Positions 8,239 through 18,700 of a stretch of DNA of 32,000 bases are shown in pieces. Both the position numbers and the translations under genes were made by a program. Origin of the DNA: Geotalea daltonii FRC-32 (lineage in GTDB: Bacteria > Desulfobacterota > Desulfuromonadia > Geobacterales > Geobacteraceae); contig NC_011979.1 of NCBI RefSeq assembly GCF_000022265.1, positions 1,650,001 through 1,682,000 on the forward strand, given 5' to 3'. Below the pieces are notes generated by a model that searched no databases, was not told the origin of the DNA, and saw only the letters and a program-made list of their open reading frames with translations. Each line of letters starts with the position of its first letter. Positions within the stretch are counted from its first letter, which is position 1.

Positions 8239-9939
8239 TCAGGATGCCAGCACCATCTCCGTCAACGATGCTCCGGCGGGCACCATGGGAAGAACCTTTT
8301 CTTCCCTGGCGACCTTGAACTCCATGATCACCGGCCCGGGGGTAGCGAATCCTTTCTTTATCACCGCTTCCACTTCTTCGGGTTTGGTTGCCTGAAAGCC
8401 CTTGGCGCCAAAGGCCTCGGCCAGCTTGATGAAATCGATGGGCAATTCCATACATGTTTGGGAATAGCGCTTGTCGAAGAACAGTTCCTGCCACTGGCGG
8501 ACCATGCCAAGGAAATTGTTGTTCAGGATGCAGATTTTGACCGGAAGCCGGTTCTGAACCAGGGTTGCCAGTTCCTGCATGTTCATCTGAAAACCGCCGT
8601 CCCCACAGACGACGATCACCTGCCGCTTGGGGAATGCTGCCTGGGCACCCATGGCAGCAGGGAGGCCGAAACCCATGGTGCCGAGGCCACCGGAAGACAG
8701 CAGTGTTCTCGGCCGGTTGAATTTGAAGAACTGGGCCGTCCACATCTGGTGCTGGCCCACGTCCGTTGAGACGATGGCGTCCGGTTTACTCAATTCCCGC
8801 AGCTTCTGGATGACCAGCTGGGGCTTGATTACGGAAGCGCTGCTCTTGTATGTCATGGGGTGCTTGGCCTTCCAGGCCTCTATTTCCTGTGACCAGGGTA
8901 CAATTTGCTTTTGGAAGGTAGCTGCTTTTTCAGCCTGACCGGCAAGTACCTTCAACAGCTGCTTGAGCACGTCCTTGACGTCGCCGACAATGGGCAGGTC
9001 AACCCGGACATTTTTCTTGATGGAGGTGGGATCCACATCAATATGGATAATCTGTGCATGTGGCGCAAATGAAGCAATCTTCCCGGTGACGCGGTCGTCG
9101 AAGCGGGCACCGACGGCTATCAGTAGATCGCAGTGCGAGACTGCCATGTTGGCATAATAGGTGCCATGCATGCCGAGGAGCCCGAGTGAAAGCGGATTAT
9201 CCTCTGGAAATGCACCAAGCCCCATGAGGGTTGTAGTTACGGGCGCATTAAGCAGCTGGGCCAGCTTCGTCAGTTCCTCGGCGGCATTTCCCAGAATGAC
9301 TCCGCCTCCAACATAGATAACCGGCTTTTTTGCTTCCAGAAGCAGTGTAATGGCTTTCTCTACCTGCTTCGGATGGCCGCCGACCGTCGGTTTGTAGCCG
9401 CGGATATCCACTGTTTCGGGATATTTGAATTCTGTGGTTGCTATCTGCACATCCTTGGGCAGATCGATGAGAACAGGACCGGGCCGGCCGGTCCGGGCGA
9501 TGTAGAAGGCCTTTTTGACGATGGTCGCCAGGTCCTTCACATCCTTGACCAGAAAGTTGTGCTTGGTGCAGGGACGGGTGATGCCGATGATGTCGGCTTC
9601 CTGGAAAGCGTCATTGCCGATCAGTCCAGTGGGAACCTGACCGGTGATAATGACCATGGGGATGGAATCCATATAGGCGGTGGCGATGCCGGTTATGGTA
9701 TTGGTGGCACCGGGGCCGGAGGTGGCAATGGCCACGCCGACCTTGCCGGTTGCCCGGGCATAACCGTCGGCGGCATGGACACCGGCCTGTTCATGGCGGG
9801 GCAGGATGTGACGGATCTCCTTGAATGAAAAAATCTCGTCATAAAGATTGATGACCGTACCGCCGGGATAACCGAAGACCGTATCGACCCCTTCAAGCTT
9901 CAGACATTCCAGAAGAATTCTTGCCCCGTTCATTTTCAT
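8239..9939 (-). CDS. ilvB: Acetolactate synthase large (catalytic) subunit
   Basis: 566 aa. It has GYPGG and the ThDP-binding motif [37 protein letters not shown] lies 6 nt upstream of the ATG. Confidence 0.95.
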   Translation of the reverse strand: MKMNGARILLECLKLEGVDTVFGYPGGTVINLYDEIFSFKEIRHILPRHEQAGVHAADGYARATGKVGVAIATSGPGATNTITGIATAYMDSIPMVIITGQVPTGLIGNDAFQEADIIGITRPCTKHNFLVKDVKDLATIVKKAFYIARTGRPGPVLIDLPKDVQIATTEFKYPETVDIRGYKPTVGGHPKQVEKAITLLLEAKKPVIYVGGGVILGNAAEELTKLAQLLNAPVTTTLMGLGAFPEDNPLSLGLLGMHGTYYANMAVSHCDLLIAVGARFDDRVTGKIASFAPHAQIIHIDVDPTSIKKNVRVDLPIVGDVKDVLKQLLKVLAGQAEKAATFQKQIVPWSQEIEAWKAKHPMTYKSSASVIKPQLVIQKLRELSKPDAIVSTDVGQHQMWTAQFFKFNRPRTLLSSGGLGTMGFGLPAAMGAQAAFPKRQVIVVCGDGGFQMNMQELATLVQNRLPVKICILNNNFLGMVRQWQELFFDKRYSQTCMELPIDFIKLAEAFGAKGFQATKPEEVEAVIKKGFATPGPVIMEFKVAREEKVLPMVPAGASLTEMVLAS

Positions 9940-10015
9940 AATAAATCTCCTGCCACTGTAAAACCGACTGGCGGTTTACAAGCTTTAGACTGCACCTTGC
10001 CGAGTTTGATTGGTA

Positions 10016-11677
10016 TTAATCTGCAGAAGTAACTGCACCGGTGTTGGCGGAGGTGACTACCTTGGCATAGCGTGCAAGCCAGCCGGTGCGGATCTTGGGC
10101 GCCGGCGCCTGCCAGTTGCGGCGGCGCTTTGCCAGGGTTTCATCATCAACCAGGAGTTGCAACCGACGGCCGGGAATATCCAGCTCGATCCGGTCCCCTT
10201 CTTCCACCAGGGCGATGGGTCCACCTTCGGCAGCTTCGGGCGAGATATGGCCGATGCAGGGGCCGCGGGTGCCTCCGGAAAAACGTCCGTCGGTAATGAG
10301 GGCTACGGAGTCCCCAAGGCCAAGTCCCATGATGGCGGCGGTTGGAGCCAGCATCTCCCTCATCCCGGGACCACCCTTCGGGCCTTCATAGCGGATCACG
10401 ACACAGTCTCCGGCAACTATCTTCCCTTCCATAATGGCAGCCATGGCGGCTTCTTCCGAGTCGAAGCAGCGAGCGGTGCCGGTGAAATTCATCATGGCCG
10501 CCGACACACCAGACTGTTTGACTACCGCACCTTTCGGGGCAATATTGCCGGAGAGGATGGCAATGCCTCCCTCTTTCTTGACCGGATTCGACAGGGGGCG
10601 GATAACCGTTTCGTCCACATTGGCGATGCTTGCAGCCAGTTGTTTGATGGTCAATCCCATAACCGTGGGATTATCCTTTATCTTGTCCCCCAGTTGCATG
10701 AGCACGCCTGCGACGCCTCCTGCCGTATCAAGATCTTCCATGAAGTGCTCCCCGGCCGGATTCATGGATGCCAGCTGCGGCGTTTCCTTGGCAAGAATAT
10801 CGAAGGTTTCCAGAGGGAGTTCTACCTCGGCTTCATGGGCAATTGCCAGAAGATGCAGGACGGTATTGGATGATCCGCCCAATGCCAAATCGACGCGGAT
10901 GGCGTTCTCGAAGGCGGCCCGGGTAAGGATGCTGCGCGGTGTCACATTATCTTTCACCAGATCGACGATGCGCTCTCCCGAGGCAAAGGCAATGCGGCGC
11001 TTCAGGGCGGATACCGCCAGGGCGGTGCCGCAGCGGGGCAGGCTCATGCCGAGGGTTTCAGTGAGGATGGCCATGGTGTTGGCGGTGAAAAGCCCTTGGC
11101 AGGAACCCATGCCGGGACAGGCGTTGTCTTCACAGACCTGCAGCTCCTGGGCATCGATGACACCGGCTTTGTAACGGGCCATGGCTTCGAAAGTGTCGGT
11201 AACAAATGAATATTTACGTCCTGCTTCGCCGCGGCCACTCATCATCGGCCCGGCGGTCACGACGATACAGGGGATGTCCAGACGGGCAGCAGCCATGAGC
11301 ATGCCGGGGGTGATTTTGTCACAGTTGGTCAGAAGCACGAGTCCGTCAAGACGATGGGCCTCGGCCACCGATTCCACCATGTCGGCAATCAGTTCGCGGG
11401 TCGGCAGGCTGTAATGCATACCCTTGTGGCCCATGGAGATACCGTCGCACACTCCGGGAATACCGAAGAAAAATGCATAACCTCCGCCGCTGTGAATGCC
11501 CTTCTCTATATATCGTTCAAGATCCCGCATGCCCACATGGCCGGGAATCAGATCGGTAAAACTTGTGGCAACGCCGATGAACGGCTTCTCCATCTGGCTC
11601 TGGGGGACGCCGGTGCCCTTGAGGAGCGCCCGGTGCGGAGTCCGCTCCAGTCCCTTCTTGATCATATCGCTACGCAT
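10016..11677 (-). CDS. ilvD: Dihydroxy-acid dehydratase
   Basis: 553 aa with the motifs [10 protein letters not shown] and [22 protein letters not shown]. Confidence 0.97.
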   Translation of the reverse strand: MRSDMIKKGLERTPHRALLKGTGVPQSQMEKPFIGVATSFTDLIPGHVGMRDLERYIEKGIHSGGGYAFFFGIPGVCDGISMGHKGMHYSLPTRELIADMVESVAEAHRLDGLVLLTNCDKITPGMLMAAARLDIPCIVVTAGPMMSGRGEAGRKYSFVTDTFEAMARYKAGVIDAQELQVCEDNACPGMGSCQGLFTANTMAILTETLGMSLPRCGTALAVSALKRRIAFASGERIVDLVKDNVTPRSILTRAAFENAIRVDLALGGSSNTVLHLLAIAHEAEVELPLETFDILAKETPQLASMNPAGEHFMEDLDTAGGVAGVLMQLGDKIKDNPTVMGLTIKQLAASIANVDETVIRPLSNPVKKEGGIAILSGNIAPKGAVVKQSGVSAAMMNFTGTARCFDSEEAAMAAIMEGKIVAGDCVVIRYEGPKGGPGMREMLAPTAAIMGLGLGDSVALITDGRFSGGTRGPCIGHISPEAAEGGPIALVEEGDRIELDIPGRRLQLLVDDETLAKRRRNWQAPAPKIRTGWLARYAKVVTSANTGAVTSAD

Positions 11678-11712
11678 GGTAAACCCCTGACTGCACGAAA
11701 AAGTGAATATCG

Positions 11713-11741
11713 AAAATAATACATTATCCGGCAGCTGTCAA
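11713..11741 (-). promoter_or_regulatory. Sigma70-like promoter for the ilvD-ilvBN-ilvC-psd-pssA operon
   Basis: The minus strand reads TTGACA (complement of 11736-11741), a 17-nt spacer, then TATTTT (complement of 11713-11718). It lies about 35 nt upstream of the ilvD ATG. Confidence 0.45.
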
Positions 11742-11851
11742 CTGCAATAAAATGTCGTTATAACTGCTAAATTATGCTGGAAAGGCCTGTTTTCGATATG
11801 AACGAACCCATGGCGTGCGCGTGCGATGGCAAGTCAGAACGGTACCGGTGG

Positions 11852-12700
11852 CTAAAGGGATGCAGGGTCGGTAAACGGTACCGGCTTTGGCTTCCCCTGC
11901 GATTTTTCAGCGGGTGCCGGTAACGATGATGGTTGTCTACCGGAGGAGGCTGGCGCTGAATGGGTCCGGGGAGACAGCGTAATATGGTAACGAAGGGGGT
12001 TGTGGGGCGAGGATAGATCCACTGGCGCCGCCGGGCTCTTCATATTACCCAGCAAAGAGTCCGACTTGAAGGCCTGGAGCAGGTAAGGCCGAGGTCTTAC
12101 TATTTCAATGACATATTCTCCACTGGCATCAGTAGGCGTACTGATGTAGATCCTGTTCCTGCCATTACTGGGCTGGTCAGGGTCCAGCAGGTTAACTACC
12201 GCCAGGGAGACAGGATTGCCTGCCGGGTCGCGTACGGTTCCCGTTACCGTGACAAGTTCCGTATCTTTTGATCGACTGCCGGTGGGGGAGGTTTCATGTG
12301 GCGGCAAGTTGCTCCTGTCATTACTCCGCGTCAGCGTTATGGTCGAGTTATTGGTTACAGTGACAATCTGAGCAAGGGGACCTTCAATCGGCAAACGGCG
12401 CTTTGGATCAGGCTGCGTTGCAAAAACACCGCTGCCGATGCTGATGCCGGAGGCGATCAGGTAGGTCCCCGGGGGGAGCATCATGGAGAATGCACCGTCC
12501 GCTCCACATGGAACAGCAAAAAACGGTGCGGAGTAGGACGAGGTTGGAGCTTTATCAGTGGTATAGGCAAAGGCCGCGCAACGCAGGGGTTCCTTTTCCA
12601 TCTGCAGTCGCCCGTTTATCGTGCCATAGGCAAAGCTGGAGGTGGCAGTAGTGAAAAGGAACGCCACTGAGTATGTCAGAGTTTTCATTATTCCTGCCAT
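11852..12700 (-). CDS. Secreted protein with two carboxypeptidase-regulatory-like beta-sandwich domains and a Pro/Ser/Lys-rich tail
   Basis: Signal peptide MKTLTYSVAFLFTTATSSFA-YG. The start is ATG 12700 or ATG 12688, and both have weak SDs. The second domain, VTGTVRDPAGNPVSLAVVNLL...TPTDASGEYVIEI, fits the CarboxypepD_reg pattern. The last ~50 aa are low-complexity (SAPASSGRQPSSLPAPAEKSQGKPKPVP). It starts 20 nt after the stop of the 2291-aa gene. Confidence 0.65.
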   Translation of the reverse strand: MAGIMKTLTYSVAFLFTTATSSFAYGTINGRLQMEKEPLRCAAFAYTTDKAPTSSYSAPFFAVPCGADGAFSMMLPPGTYLIASGISIGSGVFATQPDPKRRLPIEGPLAQIVTVTNNSTITLTRSNDRSNLPPHETSPTGSRSKDTELVTVTGTVRDPAGNPVSLAVVNLLDPDQPSNGRNRIYISTPTDASGEYVIEIVRPRPYLLQAFKSDSLLGNMKSPAAPVDLSSPHNPLRYHITLSPRTHSAPASSGRQPSSLPAPAEKSQGKPKPVPFTDPASL

Positions 12701-12720
12701 AGTCGTTGCCGTTTCTCCGT

Positions 12721-15700
12721 TTATGGGCAGTAGTTTTTGCTTCCGTCGAAGCCAGGCATGGCAATGCTTGCCGGTGTGCTTGCCGTTCCGTAGGAGATGA
12801 CCTCAACGTTGTCGATAAGGGTGCGTAGTTCAGTCGGAGCAGCGTTTGTACGATTGTTGAAGGTAACTATCCAGACGTAGTCGGGAGTCATGGTGCTAGT
12901 TTCCTCATTGGATGTTGTCTGGCTCCAGCCGTTACCAGCCTTGCGGTAATAATGCATCGTTTTGCCGCGTCTGCTGGCCTTGATGCCGCTGGCCTGCAGT
13001 TTTTCTCCGGTGTACCAGGAGCCAATCGTAGTGCCAACACCCCGAACCCATTTGATACTGTCAAAGTATGGCCCATAGGTACTGTTGTCGTAGCCGAAAC
13101 CCACATCATTCCTCAGAGTGCCGGCTGCACTGTTGGGGAAATAGATGCGTAAACGGTTGTATACGTTGTAGGCATTCATGGTATCGGGAATAGTACCTGG
13201 CAGATCGATAGTGAAGTCATAGTTGATATCAAAATCGCCGGTAAAGAAATCGAGGCGGTTCAAGCCGAGCTGGGCAAAGTTGTAAGAGTTTACCGCGATG
13301 CCACCTGGAACTTGTGTATAAAGCTCTGCTTTGCCCGATGTATCCCACGATACCCGCACCGTGCCATCGATATCGGTGGCATTAACCGGCGGTGTAGTAA
13401 AATCTTCATTGCCGTCGCCGTGGCGGTGTCTGCCCCATGGTGCCCAGTCGGTGAGGGATAGCCCGGCAGAGAAGTCATCGAAGAAGCGGCGATAGGGCCG
13501 GACGCGGTAGGTGCGGTTTGCTCCGGGAAAAAGTCCGCTCTTGTCGGTAAAGGTAAGTTCCGGCATGGCTACCAGTGCCAGCGTCTTGATGGTTCCGTCA
13601 GCCTCGATGGCCTCCACAACATGACCGTCGATGGTTACGGTTGCAGACCCCGGTGTCCAGGAGACAGTGGTGGCAAATGGGTTTTGCGTTATCACCGTAA
13701 CGGTGGGGGCACCCATGGCAGAGGTCCGGCCGCACAGTTCCTGCCCGATAGTCGAGTCACCGTTGGCATTTGTAGCTGCCAACGCGTAACAGTATACGGT
13801 GTCCGGCTGGAGATTCGAGTCTGTTACCACTGCGGTTCCTGCCTTGGGCGCTGCACACGAGATGGTCGGGTAGACAGACCCGCAATAATCTTCGAAATAG
13901 GGAAACGCTGCTGTCTTTATGTAATTCTGTCCTGCTGCGAGGCTGCCATCGCGGCGGTAGATCTTGTAGGATTCGGCCCCCTTTGTCAGGTGGAAAGCTA
14001 TTTCCATGCTGGTGTCGGAGAGCTGGCGGGGCATAGGGTCCTCGGGGGGGCTGGGGACCGTTACCACCTGCACCGCAGGGGAAGGCACAGAGTCTCCGCC
14101 GCCATTGACTGCTTTGACACGGTACCAGTAGTTTCCACCGGCTGTGAGGCCGCTGTCCGGATAGGATAGGACATTCTGGTTGCTGACCAGTGTCCACGTT
14201 GCATTATCGGTGGAGCGTTCCAGCTTGTAACCGGTGGCACCGGTAGAACTGCTCCAGTTAACTGTTGCCTGGGTGGCTGTCACTGCCGAGACGGAGGTGA
14301 TAGCCGGAGCTGTGCAAAGCGTCCAGAAGTTCTGGACTACTGCGTTGTTGGATTCCGTGGACTTACCCATTGACTCGACTTTTAACTGATATTGGGTCCC
14401 GGGAACAAGAGCGCTAATGGTCAAAGGACTCGGCGTCCAGTTGTGGGGCGCCGACAGTGGCCCGCTCCAGGCACTGTCGGCTGTTTTCTTGTAATAGATG
14501 TTATAGGAATACGCTTCATCAATTCGGCTGTAACTTACGGTGGCGGAGTAATCTGTCGACATAACCGAGGAGACAGCCGGCGGATTGGGCATAGTCTGGA
14601 CATATTTGTCAGTAGGACTTATCGTCTGCGATTCGATTACAGTACCGTAGAAGTTCATCTTGACAGACCCCATGATGCCTGTGCCTCGCGAGGGGGTGTA
14701 AGTGTAGCTGCAGCTTTGGGTCGCGCAGCTGACAGTGGTTAACAGACTGGCTGAGGACCAGTAGGCCGGATAGGTTTCCGGAAGACCACCGGCATAGTAC
14801 TGGTATGGTTGCACGTAAATATCAAAATTTGCGGCAGCCGGATAACGGGTATTATTCCAGTCAAATCGGATCGTTGTTGCCGTTTGGGTTGAGAGTGTCA
14901 GTGACGGTGGAGCCGGAGGAGCCTGGGCAGTATTGCAGGATTCTGCCGAAAAGGCATCTGCCGGGCCACCGGCGGCTGTATACGCTCTGATTCGATAACA
15001 ATATTCGATGCCGTTGGCGACTGTCGTATCGGTCCAACTGAGGGTGTTGGCGGCAAGTCCCGACTTGACGGTTGTCCAGTTGGTATCCGGGGGCAGGCGG
15101 CGCTGGACATCGAAATAATCCTCCGTCGTATTGGTCCATACCGGTTTCAACTGAGTGGAAGCCGGTATTTCCACGTTAGTCAGGGTTACGGCAAGAGGCA
15201 TGAAGACGAGAATCTTGTTGCTGTCGATAGAATTACCCCCGCTGTTCTTGGCACCGACAGAGACGTTATATGCGCGGTAACCGCCGTAAGGGGACACCGT
15301 GCCGTTGGTAACGTCGGCTGCCAGAGAGATATAGCTAGGGTTGCTGTTATTACAGTAGGTAGCGGGACTGGTAGTAATCTCGCTTACGGTACCGTAGCAG
15401 GCATAGGCTCTCAATTCATACCCCGTATTGCCGGTAACCTGGGACCAGGAGCCGTTGATGGAGGTCGTGCTGTTGGCTGTGGCGGTCAGCAATGTCGGCG
15501 GGTTGAGCCATGTTGTCACAGATATCTCAGGGCTTGGTGTGGGGTTCTCAATTCCCTTGTAGACCGAGAAATAGCGGTAAAAATAGGTCGTATTCGGTAA
15601 TAGCCCGCTGTCGTCAAATCTTGGATGAGTCCCGATTGCCACGATATTGCCGACGGTGGACCATGTTCCTCCAGTGCCCGTTTTACGCTCGACACGGTAA

Positions 15701-18700
15701 TCCGTTACATTGTTGGCAGCGTTGAATGATCGAATGGTCAACGTTGACGCACCGGTGGCATAGTAATCGATCCAGCCCCTGGTAATGGGTTCCGGCATAG
15801 TCGGCACCATGAATTCCGGCGAAGGCAGAGAAAAAAAGCCGCTGATATTCCTGGCGGAGAGGCGGTAATAATAAGTGGTTTGTGGTGTCAATAACGAATC
15901 GTCATAAAAAACGGTGTTGGCCGGCAGGTCGGCGATGGTTTGCCAGGCGCCGCCGGTGTCGGTTTTGCGTTCCAGGCGGTAGCCGGTATTTCCTGCAACA
16001 TTCGACCACAGGGTGCGTGCAGAGGTTGTGGTGATGTCGGCATATGAAGAAATCACAGGTGCGTCCAGGGTAGTTGTGGAGCATATCTCGGTGTGACGGG
16101 TTGTTACCGAATTGAAGGATGCATATATGCGCCAGCAGTACTCGGTGTTTTTTCCCAAGCCGCTGTCGGTGAAGGTGGTTGCATTGGCTGCCAGTTGGCC
16201 GTTTGTCGTGCCCTGCGGTGCAACCCAGACGCCGGAATCCTTGATGCTGCGCATGACATAGGGTGTCGCCCCACTGGTAACGTTTGACCAGGCAAGGACA
16301 ACCTTGGTGTAATCGGCCTGGGGCGTTGCTGTCACTCCAAAGGGCATTATTGCCAAGTCGTTGACAACCTTTAGAGCTAGAAAGTCCTTGTCTCCAGAGG
16401 CAGAAGTGGTGTAACCGGCGACAAAACCCTCACCGAACTTATTGACGGCGATTGTTGCAGCGTGATCGTCCTTGCTTGCCGCTCCGTTATAGAGGAACGA
16501 TTTGACATAGTCCAGGCTATCGGTATAGATGGCCGCTATGATATTGGTGTTGGGGGATGCGCCGCTGTCCGCTGAAAGGTATACATAGCCCGATGGGTCG
16601 ATGCTCAAGCCGGTAAGGATATCGTCGCTGCCGGGATTGCGCAGCTCAGCCTGCTTTTTAAGGGTCCCGGCAGTATCGTAGCGGAGCAGCGTAAGATCGC
16701 GGTCTGTGGTATGGGAATAGCCATCTCCGGCCACGACTACTTCATTGGCAAAGGGATCATAGGCTATCTTGCGGGAAGCGAAACTGGTTGCCGATGTATC
16801 GAGGGGATAGGTCCTGGTCCATCTGCGATCGGCCGTGCCGTTTGCCTCTCCCCAGTATTTGATGGTCGTCATTCTGGTATACCCTGATGCACTGTCGGTG
16901 ATATAGCCGGTTACGTACACATCATTATTGGCGTCAATAGTCAGGGACAGGGCCCGGTTGTCTCCCGTATTGCCATAGGTGTCACTCCAGACCATTGAAC
17001 CGCTCACAGCATCGAACTTTGCCGTAAACCAGCTGTTGTTGCCGGTTTTTTCCACCCGTCCTGCGACAATGACGTTGCCTGCGGTGTCGACAGCCACGGC
17101 TGCCGGGTATTCATTGCCCCCCAGATCCTTTTCGGCGGTGAATTGAACTGTACCGGTGGCGGAGAGCTTCCTGACAAAAAGATTTATGTTGGTGAGATCG
17201 GCGTTGCCATGACCGGCAACGGCAATCCAGTAGGGAGCTACCCCCTGCACGGCCACCACATCCGACTGATCGGCGAGTCTGCCGCTGCTGTTCAACTGGT
17301 CTGTCCACACGGGCTCAGCTTCACCCAGGCCGTCAAGTGCCGGTGAAAGTGCATACTTGAGGGTCCAGACGGAAGGAATGTTGCCGACTCCAGTCACATT
17401 CTGCATGGATGTGCCGGTAACTATCGTTTCCCTGTTCTGGTCTACGGCCAGGGCTACGATCTCATCATCCTCGTCATAGCCCCCATCACGCTGATCTTTC
17501 CAATTCAGAGCAAAATCAGTGCGATTGAGCTTGATTGTGTAATAGTCCTTTGACGGGGTGCTGATACCGTTTTGATCGGAGAATACTGTACCGGTAACTA
17601 CCAAGTTTCCTCCCCAGTAACAGGCAGCGTCAGTGGCCATGTCGTCCCCGTTTGCCGGGTCTCCATAGGAATATGTCAGCACAGGTGCAGAGAAATTGAC
17701 AATTCTCGTCAGGGCAGCGGCCTCTGGGGAATAGTCGCTGTAAGTAGTGTTGTCGAAGGCCCTGACTCTGAAATAGTATTCCGTATCGGCAAGGAGGTCG
17801 GAAATTTCATAGGAAACGGCATTCATCCCTGCCTGGTCCGGAGCGGCAATGGTATAGGCATTGTTGGTCCAGGCGCCGTTTACTCCGATCTTGATATCCA
17901 CCAGAAAGCTGGTTTCCGTTTCCGAGTTGTCCTGAAAGGTCAGCCGCACCGAAGCATTGCTCAGCACCTCGGTGGACAGACCTGTCGGGGGATCGAGAAG
18001 TCCTTTTTCCTGGCGCAGTATAAGCAGGTCGATGTCGTCCTTGTCGTAAACGTAGTACAGGTCTCCTGCAGCAACCGCATAGGGGAGCGCTTCGGCGGAA
18101 GCAAGGAACAGGGTGGTGGCGTCGTTGCCTTGAATGCGGCGGAAAACGTCCTTGTTCTGGCTGCTGACCATGTAGAGGGAGTATCCAGCCCATTGGTTCG
18201 GCGTCCAGGACTTGCTGCTGTTCCGGAGGTCCGTTTTTGAACCGCCGGTTGCTGCCTGGGTGCCTCCGTCGAGGGGTTGCGTACGGTCTGTCCAGGCAGC
18301 GGCAGCAACTCCTTGTCCGGCAAGACCTATGCCCACCGGCAAAGAGCTGTTGCCGATTATCCCGCTCCATTCCTTGTTCCAGAGGATTCGCCCGTTTTTT
18401 CGGCTCAATTTCATGGTCACGATTTTTTTGATTCCGGCATAATCGCGCCACCCGGCAATGAATATGCCGCTGGAAGAGTCCACCGTAAGGGCGGTTGCGC
18501 CGGCGGCATTGGCCGATCCTGCATCGAAGGTCGTGCTCCATACGGTATCGGGAACAGGTGTGCCATTCTTGTGATACTTGATGGCATGGAGCTTTGAAAA
18601 TGCAGGCAAGGTGCCGATGGTTGCCGCAACATAAACATCACCCGACGAATCCATGGCAATCGCTACCGGTTGATCATCGAAACCGGCATCGTGACTTGCT

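Noticed and set aside
9957-9980. A hairpin (tgtaaaaccg / cggtttaca) between ilvD and ilvB.
   Set aside because: The stem is a bulged 9-bp AU-rich stem with no T-run on the minus strand. It sits 20 nt before the ilvB SD, so it is more likely incidental or an mRNA-stability element than a terminator.
10010-10873. A 287-aa + strand ORF antisense to ilvD. Similar long antisense or out-of-frame ORFs include 6595-7074, 7699-8235, 9373-9828, 10434-11174, 27553-28452, 30286-30993 and 30830-31798.
   Set aside because: Each lies entirely inside a strongly recognisable housekeeping gene on the opposite strand. Their translations are low-complexity (Gly/Ala/Arg/Pro-rich) with no motifs. These are typical open antisense frames in moderately GC-rich coding DNA.
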